From: Deferribacterales bacterium
GTDB lineage: Bacteria; Chrysiogenota; Deferribacteres; Deferribacterales; Geovibrionaceae
Assembly (NCBI GenBank): GCA_050253075.1
Contig: JBFWJS010000003.1
Span: 341,458 to 405,457, forward strand
Direction: 5' to 3'
DNA length: 64,000 nt
Part shown: in pieces, positions 18,740-27,083 of the stretch
Numbering within the stretch: position 1 is the stretch's first letter
Layout of the letters: each line of letters opens with the position of its first letter
Made by a program: the position numbers and the translations under genes
The notes under the pieces: generated by a model
What the model saw: only the letters and a program-made list of their open reading frames with translations
Told to the model about the DNA's origin: nothing
Databases searched by the model: none

Positions 18740-19817
18740 TGGGCAGCTCAATGAAAAACGTCGTACCTTCATCCTCTATACTAGTGAAATAGATACTCCC
18801 TTTCAGATACCTTTCGGTGAGCAGTCTCATGCTGTAAGTGCCGAGCCCTCTGCCTTCCCCTTTGGTTGAAAACGATCTTTTGAATATAGATTTACTGATG
18901 TGTTCGGGCATTACGGAAGGGTTATGCACGGATATAGTCAGGTTTTCGTCGCCCAGCTCGTAGTCTATGGTGACGGTCTGCCCCTCGGCAGATGCTTCAC
19001 AGGCGTTCTTTATCATGTTCACCAGCACTCTTTTGATGAGCACAAGGTCGGTGTCTATGCAGAGCTCCTGCTCGGTGATGTTGTTAACTATCGTGATGTG
19101 TGAATCAGCCACCGCAGGTTTGAAAAAGCGTACGACATTGTCCAGCACGGAGGCTACACATGTCTTTGCTATCCTGACCTTCAGCTCGTCCTTTTCTGCC
19201 ATTGTGATGATGCGCTGTGAGTCTATCTCAGACTTAAGCGAGTCTATGGCAGAGCGGAGCAGGCCGAGGTTGTTTATATTATCAGGGTTTTTGGTGTCGC
19301 AGTTATCGGCGAGCATTTCGCAAAGCATGCTTACGCCGCCGACGATATTATTTACGTCGTGGAAGAATATCTTTTCCAGTGTTTTCTTTCTGGTTTCGGA
19401 GCTGATGTCCATTATGCAGTAGAGGGTTACGTCTGTGCCTCTGAGGTTGAGCGGAGATGCGGATACTTTAAGGTTATAAGATTTACCGCTGGTGGCGACT
19501 ATCTGGCATTCGCTCTGGCTGGATTCGCCCTTCAGGCTCTTTTCGATGGAGCTGTTCCCCCCGCAGTATCTGCAGAAGTCGGTTGTGCCGCACATTTCAT
19601 CGCCCTCGACGGCACGTATGCAGTTAAAAGCGTTTCCCGGTTTGATCCCTTTTTCTCTATTCAGACCGTGTCTTAGGGCAAATTCATCATATTTTTTGTT
19701 AAAGTAGATGATGTTTCGGTCAAAATCGAGAATGATGGCGATCTCGTGCAGAGTATCCAGTGTTGTAGTTAATATCGGATGCTGAACCCTAAAGTCAGCA
19801 AACTGATCCTCGGACAT
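18717..19817 (-). CDS. PAS-like sensor histidine kinase
   Basis: H-box FFHDVNN, N-box NMIKNACEA, FSTKGEGRGLGTY; Cys-rich sensor region. Confidence 0.88.
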   Translation of the reverse strand: MSEDQFADFRVQHPILTTTLDTLHEIAIILDFDRNIIYFNKKYDEFALRHGLNREKGIKPGNAFNCIRAVEGDEMCGTTDFCRYCGGNSSIEKSLKGESSQSECQIVATSGKSYNLKVSASPLNLRGTDVTLYCIMDISSETRKKTLEKIFFHDVNNIVGGVSMLCEMLADNCDTKNPDNINNLGLLRSAIDSLKSEIDSQRIITMAEKDELKVRIAKTCVASVLDNVVRFFKPAVADSHITIVNNITEQELCIDTDLVLIKRVLVNMIKNACEASAEGQTVTIDYELGDENLTISVHNPSVMPEHISKSIFKRSFSTKGEGRGLGTYSMRLLTERYLKGSIYFTSIEDEGTTFFIELPIRQQDSQ

Positions 19818-19959
19818 AAACTCCCCAAACAAATAAGTTAATTAGGTTACCCATTATAATAAGCGCAGGTTTAACCAGATGCAACTTAAATTATCTAAAT
19901 GGTTGAATTAGATATTTTAAACTGATAATATTGGCGCATATATCAGTCGGAGGTTTCAG

Positions 19960-21609
19960 TTGAAACAGATTCTTCAGTCACTCATAGATAAAGCATTGGA
20001 AGATATGATAAAAGAGAGCGGAGCGGAAGCTGCTCTCCCCGAATATACAATAGAGACGCCAAATAATCCCGATCACGGCGATTTTGCAGCGAATGCAGCT
20101 ATGAAATCTGCAAAGATATTCCGCAGTAAGCCTATGGATATCGCCGAGAAGCTCGTGGGTAAGCTGAATCACCCTATGATAAAGAGCGCAGAGGCTGTTA
20201 TGCCTGGCTTTATCAATTTCTTTATAGATAACGGTTTTTACCACGAGATAGTGAAACAGGCAGCGACAGACGACGCCTTTTTCACCAGCGATCTGGGTAA
20301 AAACAGAAAGACAATGGTTGAATTCGTAAGCGCAAACCCCACAGGCCCGCTTCATGTCGGTCACGGACGTAATGCCGCATACGGAGACAGCCTTGCGAAG
20401 ATAATGAAAGCCGCAGGATACGATGTCCACACAGAATACTATGTGAACGACGCAGGAAACCAGATGAACAATTTGGGCAAGAGTATCTATGTGCGCTATA
20501 TGGAAATAGCGGGTAAGGAGATGCCGTTCCCCGAGGACGGATATCACGGACAATATATCAGAGACATCGCACAGGACCTTTATAACGAGCACGGCACAAA
20601 GATAGCCGAAATGCCCGAGAATGAAGGCACTGAAGTATGCTTTCAGAAAGGTCTGCAGGTTATAACAGACAACATCGCAAACACTCTTAAGATATTCAAC
20701 GTAACTATGGAAGAGTATTTCAGCGAGAAATCTCTCTATGAGAAAGGCGATGTGCCTGCCAGCCTTGAATACCTGAAAGAGAGAGGCTTCATTTATGAGA
20801 AAGACGGCGCTCTCTGGTTTAAATCAACAGATTTCGGCGACGACAAGGACCGTGTGGTGAAGAGAAGCAACGGTGAATACACTTACTTCGCTTCCGACAT
20901 CGCATATCATAAGAATAAGTTCGACAGAGGATTCCAGACCACAATAGACGTCTGGGGTGCTGACCACCACGGATACGTGAAGCGTCTCAGCTCTGCCATC
21001 GAGGCTATCGGCTATGAGGATAAAGAATTCGCAGTGAGCCTTATCCAGATGGTAAACCTTGTGAACGCTGGCGAGCGTGTGTCTATGTCTACCCGTGGGG
21101 GTACATTTATCGAGCTCGACGAACTGATAGCAGACGTAGGCAGTGATGCAGCCAGATATTTCTACACCATGAGAGACTACGAGGCTCAGTTCGACTTCGA
21201 CATCGCTCTGGCAAAGAAGCGTGAGTCCGATAACCCTGTTTTCTACATACAGTACGGACATGCGAGAGTACAGTCTGTCCTGCGCAAAGCAGACGAAGAG
21301 GGTATCGCTTACGAACTGTGCAGCGGGCTGGATAAATTAAATTCTAAAGAAGAGCTTGAGTTAATAAAGAAAATTTACGATTATATAAATGTGCTGGAGC
21401 AGGCCGCCAGAAACAGACAGCCTCACAGAATAGGCTATTATCTGCAGGAACTGGCTTCAATGTTCCATAGCTACTACTTCAATAACAAGATGTTAAACGA
21501 AGAAGACAAAGACCTCACCTCTGCGAGACTTACACTGGCAAAGGCTGTAGGTAACACCATCAGAAACGGACTAGCTCTCCTCGGCGTGAGCGCACCTGAC
21601 AGGATGTAA
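19960..21609 (+). CDS. argS: Arginine--tRNA ligase
   Basis: EFVSANPTGPLHVGHGR, MSTRGG, YIQYGHAR and C-terminal APDRM. Confidence 0.98.
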   Translation: MKQILQSLIDKALEDMIKESGAEAALPEYTIETPNNPDHGDFAANAAMKSAKIFRSKPMDIAEKLVGKLNHPMIKSAEAVMPGFINFFIDNGFYHEIVKQAATDDAFFTSDLGKNRKTMVEFVSANPTGPLHVGHGRNAAYGDSLAKIMKAAGYDVHTEYYVNDAGNQMNNLGKSIYVRYMEIAGKEMPFPEDGYHGQYIRDIAQDLYNEHGTKIAEMPENEGTEVCFQKGLQVITDNIANTLKIFNVTMEEYFSEKSLYEKGDVPASLEYLKERGFIYEKDGALWFKSTDFGDDKDRVVKRSNGEYTYFASDIAYHKNKFDRGFQTTIDVWGADHHGYVKRLSSAIEAIGYEDKEFAVSLIQMVNLVNAGERVSMSTRGGTFIELDELIADVGSDAARYFYTMRDYEAQFDFDIALAKKRESDNPVFYIQYGHARVQSVLRKADEEGIAYELCSGLDKLNSKEELELIKKIYDYINVLEQAARNRQPHRIGYYLQELASMFHSYYFNNKMLNEEDKDLTSARLTLAKAVGNTIRNGLALLGVSAPDRM

Positions 21610-21611
21610 AT

Positions 21612-22406
21612 GTGTTTGGTAAAAAGAAAGGCGAAGGCGAAAACGAAGTAAAAGAACAGGTCGGGCAGCTCGATGCCAAACCTGCTGGCGGTAAAACGCC
21701 GAAAGTAAGCAAAGGATTCGGTAATACCATTATCCTTTTCATTGTATTTTTTATAGTGTTCACCGTCATAGTGACAGGCGTGGCATTCTTTGCGGATAAG
21801 CTGGACTTCTCCGGTAATAAGAATGAAAAGTCTCTCGAAGACCTCGTCCCGCAGGAAAAGGTCACTAACCCTGACGCAGGTGAAAGCAAAGAATACGTCA
21901 TGGATGAAAAGGGCAATATCGACGTGAAGACCGAGGAAGAGAAGGCTGACGAAGAGCTCAAGATACCTGCTGCCACTGGCACACAGGCGGCTCTCCCCGC
22001 TCCTAAGCCTGCGCCTCTGCCTCCGGTGACTGTGAAACCAGAGGTAAAACCTGAGCCGAAACCTGCAGCTAAACCTGCGGCGAAGCCCGCACCAAAGCCG
22101 GAGCCTAAACCGGTGGCGAAGTCGGAGACATCCACAGACCCGCTCGGCGTGCTGAACAAAAAAGTGACAACAGGCGACTATGTGGTGCAGATCGCATCAT
22201 TTAAAAAGCAGGAATATGCTGACGGCGAACGTGATAAACTGAAAAAGATCATCCCCGATGTATTCGTTGTGAGGGCAGACCTCGGCGAAAAGGGCGTATG
22301 GTACAGAGTGCGCTGTTTCAACGGTATAAACTATCAGGAAGCAAAAGCGAAAGCGGCCTCCATCGCAGCGAGAACATCGCATAAACCTTACCCAATGAAA
22401 AAATAA
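21612..22406 (+). CDS. SPOR-domain membrane protein (FtsN/DedD-like)
   Basis: One TM helix, a Pro/Lys/Ala linker, then VQIASF...WYRVR; typical position after argS. Confidence 0.85.
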   Translation: MFGKKKGEGENEVKEQVGQLDAKPAGGKTPKVSKGFGNTIILFIVFFIVFTVIVTGVAFFADKLDFSGNKNEKSLEDLVPQEKVTNPDAGESKEYVMDEKGNIDVKTEEEKADEELKIPAATGTQAALPAPKPAPLPPVTVKPEVKPEPKPAAKPAAKPAPKPEPKPVAKSETSTDPLGVLNKKVTTGDYVVQIASFKKQEYADGERDKLKKIIPDVFVVRADLGEKGVWYRVRCFNGINYQEAKAKAASIAARTSHKPYPMKK

Positions 22407-23557
22407 TGTTTAAAAAACTTTTGATATTTATGACCCTGCTCATCGTGGCAGGGTCTTCTTTTGCCCAGAGCTACCCTGCGCTGAATGGTGTGCAGGTGTT
22501 TGTGCTCGATGAAAAATACGACGGAAATATAGACGAGCTTTTCACAGGGCTCAAAGACCACGGGGTAGACTCCGTGTTTATCCGTGTTTTTCATAACGGC
22601 ATCGACAGATACCACTACAGAGACGTAAACGAAGACTGCAAATCAGGGGTCTACTTTAAGACAGACTCTGCATGTATGGTGCGTGACGTGCTGGGCGAGG
22701 CTGTGACATCAGCCAGAAAGCACGGCATGAAGATATTCGCATGGATGGCGACAAGGTCGCTGACATTCCTGAAAACCCCAGAATATATGGAGAAAGAATT
22801 CCGTAAAGAAGGATTAGCGGACGGATACGGCATGTCTATCTTTAATGAAGAGGCATCGGAGACCGTCAGACAGCTTTTCCGTGATCTGGCGAAGTACGAC
22901 ATAGACGGCATACTCTTTCAGGACGATTTCATCCTGCGCTATCGTGAGGGAGCGTCGGATTATGCACTGAATGCCTATAGGGCCGATACGGGGATAGACC
23001 TTAGCTTTGACAAGCTGTTCGGGTGCACGGGCGGACTGGGCGAGACAAAAGTGCCTGGCGGATGCCCGGACACATTCATCCCCTGGACAGAGTGGAAAAA
23101 CGGCAAAATGATGGAGTTCTACCAGAGTCTAAAGATAGCTGCCATGCAGGAGAATCCTGACCTTGTGATAGCGGGTAATGTGTATTACGAAACTCCGCTG
23201 GAGGAGACAAAAGGGATGAGCTGGTATGCCCAGAGCATAAGCTCTATGCTGGCTTACGGGTTTGATTATCTCGCTGTTATGGGCTATCACGACCAGATAG
23301 CAGGCGAGCTGAACCTGAACCGTGAGCAGGCTTTGAAAATGGTGGAGCAGATAGCCGACAACCTAAAAAAGACCGTAGAGCCCACAACAAGGATACTGAT
23401 GAAGGTGCAGCGCATCTCTTTCAGCAACTCCGGCAAGCTGGGCGACGAACATATAGAATCAATATGCGACATGCTGGCAAAGTATATATGTATCAGCCGT
23501 GTAGTCGTACCTGTGAACAGGGTGGAAGACCTTTCTGGAACTTGTCTGGGCAATTAA
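22406..23557 (+). CDS. Secreted glycoside hydrolase-like protein (PgaB C-terminal/GHL13-like)
   Basis: Signal peptide; VYFKT, FAWM, DGILFQDD, WYAQS and AVMGY motifs. Confidence 0.7.
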   Translation: MFKKLLIFMTLLIVAGSSFAQSYPALNGVQVFVLDEKYDGNIDELFTGLKDHGVDSVFIRVFHNGIDRYHYRDVNEDCKSGVYFKTDSACMVRDVLGEAVTSARKHGMKIFAWMATRSLTFLKTPEYMEKEFRKEGLADGYGMSIFNEEASETVRQLFRDLAKYDIDGILFQDDFILRYREGASDYALNAYRADTGIDLSFDKLFGCTGGLGETKVPGGCPDTFIPWTEWKNGKMMEFYQSLKIAAMQENPDLVIAGNVYYETPLEETKGMSWYAQSISSMLAYGFDYLAVMGYHDQIAGELNLNREQALKMVEQIADNLKKTVEPTTRILMKVQRISFSNSGKLGDEHIESICDMLAKYICISRVVVPVNRVEDLSGTCLGN

Positions 23558-23624
23558 ATTTGCGCCTGATTCCTTCAACTGATAAAATCTATATACAGCT
23601 AAAATATGAAATCGAGGTGCATTC

Positions 23625-24287
23625 ATGGCTAAGATAGGTGTTGTATTAAGCGGATGCGGCGTTTTTGACGGCGCAGAGATACACGAAGCGGTTCTTACCC
23701 TCTATTTCCTGCAAAAGGCAGGGGCAGAGGTTCTTATAATGGCTCCGAATGTCGAACAGATGCATGTGGTAAACCACCTGAAGGGTGAGCCCGCAGAGGG
23801 CGAGACCAGAAACGTGCTGGTGGAATCGGCGAGGATAGCCAGAGGCGACATAAAAGACATGGCGGATGTTACGGCTGCGGATTTCGACGGATTATGCTTT
23901 CCGGGCGGGTTCGGCGCAGCTAAAAACCTTACGACTTTCGCAGTGGACGGTCCCGACTGTCAGATAAACCCTGACGTGCTCCGTCTGGTAAAGGAAACTC
24001 TGCAGGCGAAAAAGCCCCTTGCTGCGATATGCATTGCTCCTGTGATAGTTGCCAAAGCTCTCGAAGGGACAGGGATAAAATCAGCCATCACGATAGGTAC
24101 GGAAGCCGCCGTGGCAGCAGGCATAAATAAGCTAGGTGCAGAGCACATCAACTGCCCTGTGAAGGAATATGTTGTCGACGGCGAGAATAAGATTGTCACA
24201 ACCCCTGCGTATATGCTGGGGCAAAACATCGTAGAGGTGGCCGAAGGGATCGAAAAGACCTGTCGGGAACTTCTTAAGATGGTCTAA
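23625..24287 (+). CDS. elbB: Glyoxalase ElbB (DJ-1/PfpI family)
   Basis: LSGCGVFDGAEIHE, ESARIARG, PGGFGAAKNL and TTPAYM motifs. Confidence 0.93.
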   Translation: MAKIGVVLSGCGVFDGAEIHEAVLTLYFLQKAGAEVLIMAPNVEQMHVVNHLKGEPAEGETRNVLVESARIARGDIKDMADVTAADFDGLCFPGGFGAAKNLTTFAVDGPDCQINPDVLRLVKETLQAKKPLAAICIAPVIVAKALEGTGIKSAITIGTEAAVAAGINKLGAEHINCPVKEYVVDGENKIVTTPAYMLGQNIVEVAEGIEKTCRELLKMV

Positions 24288-24299
24288 ACTTATATAATA

Positions 24300-24333
24300 A
24301 AATCCCCGATCTTTAAAAGATTGGGGATTTTTT
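24300..24333 (+). terminator. Intrinsic terminator after elbB
   Basis: AATCCCCGATCTTT-AAAAGATTGGGGATT hairpin followed by a T tract. Confidence 0.7.
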
Positions 24334-24354
24334 GTTTCAAGAAGATTTTTAATA

Positions 24355-24533
24355 GTCATTCTGAGCCTGTATGCAGGCGTAAGAGTCTAAAGCTATTGCT
24401 CATCAAACTTCTAACGTCACGGTGGCTATAAGTTCTTGCTTATCAAAAGATATGAGACTCTCACGTCGCTAATACTCATCAACTGCTTATTTATGGATTC
24501 GTTCAGCCTTTGGCTGGCACTCCTCAGAGTGAC
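24355..24533. repeat. Dispersed palindromic element GTCATTCTGAG...CTCAGAGTGAC
   Basis: Terminal inverted repeats; related copies at 35703-35765, 41776-41803, 41945-41983 and 52944-53068. Confidence 0.6.
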
Positions 24534-24726
24534 TGCAACCATCGGCATGTATTTTCCTTTTTTTTATGTCTTTATCCTGCTGGTTATCAAATAATCATCA
24601 TGCTGATTAAAAAAGCATCATTTAGCAAAGTGATTAAAAAATTATCAATTTAAGCTCTTTTGAGTATTTCTTATAATTAGTTAGTATTTAATAACTAAGT
24701 CACATTTCTGCCATATAACGTTGTTT

Positions 24727-24742
24727 TGGCACTTTTTTTGCA
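24727..24742 (+). promoter_or_regulatory. Sigma54 promoter of amtB
   Basis: TGGCAC-TTTTT-TTGCA (GG-N10-GC); a TGC-N11-GCA enhancer-like site lies at 24601-24617. Confidence 0.8.
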
Positions 24743-24785
24743 TACATCTTAAAGTTTTAAAAATTGTCATTATTGGGGGTGACAT

Positions 24786-26036
24786 GTGATTAAATTATTA
24801 GCAGTGTTCGCACTGCTGCCGATATCCGTATGGGCGGGTGAAGCAGCGGTGATAGACAAAACGGACACACTCTGGGTGCTGATATCAGCTACCTTAGTTC
24901 TCTTTATGCTGCCCGGACTTGCGATATTTTATGCAGGTATGGCCAGCAGTAAAAATACTCTGTCGACGATGCTTTACAGTATGGTCTCTATATTCGTAGT
25001 GGGGCTTCTATGGGTGTTCTTCGGGCACTCGATAGCATTTGCTCCGGGCGGAAACGCTTTTATCGGAGGCACGGAGTATCTCTTTTTCAACAATGTGATG
25101 ACGGCTGTCAGAGGCAGTATACCCGAGCCTATATTCGCTATGTTTCAGGGGATGTTCGCCATCATTACATGCGCTCTCCTCAGCGGTTCTATCGTAGAGA
25201 GGGTAAAGTTTAATGCTTTCGTCGTTTTCATCGCTGTATGGTCTTTGCTCGTTTATGCTCCTCTGGCGCACTGGGTATGGGGCGGAGGCTTCCTCGGGAG
25301 CTGGGGCGCACTCGATTTCGCAGGGGGGATAGTGGTTCACTTCTCTTCTGCCGTGGCTGCATTTGTTTTTATCAAAATGCTCGGCAACAGAAACGGCTTC
25401 CCTAGAACTCAGTTCCTTCCGCACAACCTTATGCTGACAGTTTTCGGCACGGGGCTTCTGTGGTTTGGCTGGTTCGGCTTTAATGCGGGGAGCGCACTCG
25501 CAGTGAATGACGTGGCTTTCACGGCATTCGTGAACACGTTCATCGCAGGATGCGCAGGCGGTCTGGCGTGGACATTGATGGAGTATAAGGGCGGAAAGCC
25601 CACGGCTCTCGGTATATCCTCGGGTATCATCGCAGGTCTCGCATCCATCACAAACGCCGCAGGTTTTGTAACACCGCCCATCGCTCTGCTCATAGGCTTA
25701 GGCGGCGGGGTGTTTTGTTATCTGGCTGTCTTTTTAAAGTTTAAGCTGAAGTACGACGACTCCCTCGATGTTATCGGTATCCACGGTGTGGGCGGTGTCT
25801 GGGGTGCTCTGGCTACTGGACTTTTCGCTTCGATAGGCGGAACAGGGCTCTTCTACGGCAATTTTAATCAGCTTGTGGTTCAGCTCGGCTCACTCGGTGT
25901 TACTCTTGTTTACACTGTCGTGGTGACTGTTGTGATACTGAAGGTGATAGACTCTGTCATCGGACTGAGAGTGGCTCAGGACGAGGAGAGACAGGGGCTC
26001 GACCTTTCCCAGCACGGCGAATCTGCATATAACTGA
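24786..26036 (+). CDS. amtB: Ammonium transporter
   Basis: FQGMFA, LDFAGGIVVH, LWFGWFGFNAGS and DDSLDVIGIHG motifs. Confidence 0.97.
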   Translation: MIKLLAVFALLPISVWAGEAAVIDKTDTLWVLISATLVLFMLPGLAIFYAGMASSKNTLSTMLYSMVSIFVVGLLWVFFGHSIAFAPGGNAFIGGTEYLFFNNVMTAVRGSIPEPIFAMFQGMFAIITCALLSGSIVERVKFNAFVVFIAVWSLLVYAPLAHWVWGGGFLGSWGALDFAGGIVVHFSSAVAAFVFIKMLGNRNGFPRTQFLPHNLMLTVFGTGLLWFGWFGFNAGSALAVNDVAFTAFVNTFIAGCAGGLAWTLMEYKGGKPTALGISSGIIAGLASITNAAGFVTPPIALLIGLGGGVFCYLAVFLKFKLKYDDSLDVIGIHGVGGVWGALATGLFASIGGTGLFYGNFNQLVVQLGSLGVTLVYTVVVTVVILKVIDSVIGLRVAQDEERQGLDLSQHGESAYN

Positions 26037-26049
26037 TATTTCTGATCTA

Positions 26050-26080
26050 AAGCCCTGCGGAAATCCTGCGGGGCTTTTCT
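26050..26080 (+). terminator. Intrinsic terminator after amtB
   Basis: AGCCCTGCGG-AAAT-CCTGCGGGGCT hairpin followed by a T-rich tail. Confidence 0.65.
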
Positions 26081-26191
26081 ATTTTTTATTTCATAAAACT
26101 GACAAATCTCTTAAAAAATATGCCCATAATAATATAAGTTTGTCCGTTGATTATAATCTGTATTTAAGCTAAATTACTATGGGGTTTAGAT

Positions 26192-26962
26192 ATGAAAATT
26201 TTGCTGGCTAACGACGACGGTATTTATTCCGAAGGAATTTACGCACTTTATAAAGAACTGAGCAAGATAGCCGAGGTTACGGTTGTCGCTCCTATTACGG
26301 AGCAGTCTGCCGTGGGGCATGCTATCACGATAGCCGACCCTCTCAGGGTCACAGAGTTTTATAAATTCGGCGAATTCTTCGGCTACGGCATAAAGGGTAC
26401 ACCCGCCGACTGTGTGAAGATAGCCGTCAGCGACATCATGAAGGATAAGCCAGACCTTGTTGTTTCGGGGATAAATCACGGAGCAAACCTTGCTTCGAAT
26501 GTGATATATTCAGGTACGGTCTCTGCCGCCACAGAGGGAGCCATGCTCGGCGTTCGCTCGATAGCTGTCAGTCTCTGTACGAAAGAGAAGTTCGACTTTA
26601 CACCTTCTGCCCATGTAGGCAGATATTTTGCGGATTATTTGTACAGGTCGGCACTGCCGAACAATACTGTACTGAACATAAACGTTCCTGCTTTGTCTAA
26701 AGAAGAGATAAAGGGATGGCGCTTTGCCAAGCAGGGGAGCAGCCGATTCCTTGACACCTTTGCCAAACGTGAGGATCCCAGAGGGGGCAGCTATTACTGG
26801 CTCGTCGGGGAAAAGAGGGAAAACGGCGAGATATCTCCGGAAAGTGATGAATTCATGCTGGAGCACGGATTTGTCAGCGTTACGCCTCTTATGTTTGATA
26901 TGACGGATCATGGGATGTATGATCAATTAAAAGACACGGAGGGTAAGGGTGAGTTTGTTTAG
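26192..26962 (+). CDS. surE: 5'/3'-nucleotidase SurE
   Basis: ILLANDDG, GTPADCV, SGINHGAN and YSGTVSAA motifs. Confidence 0.97.
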   Translation: MKILLANDDGIYSEGIYALYKELSKIAEVTVVAPITEQSAVGHAITIADPLRVTEFYKFGEFFGYGIKGTPADCVKIAVSDIMKDKPDLVVSGINHGANLASNVIYSGTVSAATEGAMLGVRSIAVSLCTKEKFDFTPSAHVGRYFADYLYRSALPNNTVLNINVPALSKEEIKGWRFAKQGSSRFLDTFAKREDPRGGSYYWLVGEKRENGEISPESDEFMLEHGFVSVTPLMFDMTDHGMYDQLKDTEGKGEFV

Positions 26963-27077
26963 AAAATTCATACTTGCTGTTCTTGTTGTGTCAGCATTCA
27001 GCGGTATCGTTGGATGCGAGGGCGGCTGCTCAGACAGCAACCCGACATCACCGGAACAGACTGAGTCAGCAGAATAA
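26949..27077 (+). CDS. Small (42 aa) putative lipoprotein
   Basis: Below the ORF-track cutoff. GTG start after GGAGG; MSLFRKFILAVLVVSAFSGIVGC-EGGCSDSNPTSPEQTESAE has a lipobox and fills the surE-TPR gap. Confidence 0.55.
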   Translation: MSLFRKFILAVLVVSAFSGIVGCEGGCSDSNPTSPEQTESAE

Positions 27078-27083
27078 TATACT

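Noticed and set aside
22000..22120. AAACC(T/G)G-type short repeats
   Set aside because: They encode the ordinary KPE/KPAA linker of the SPOR protein.
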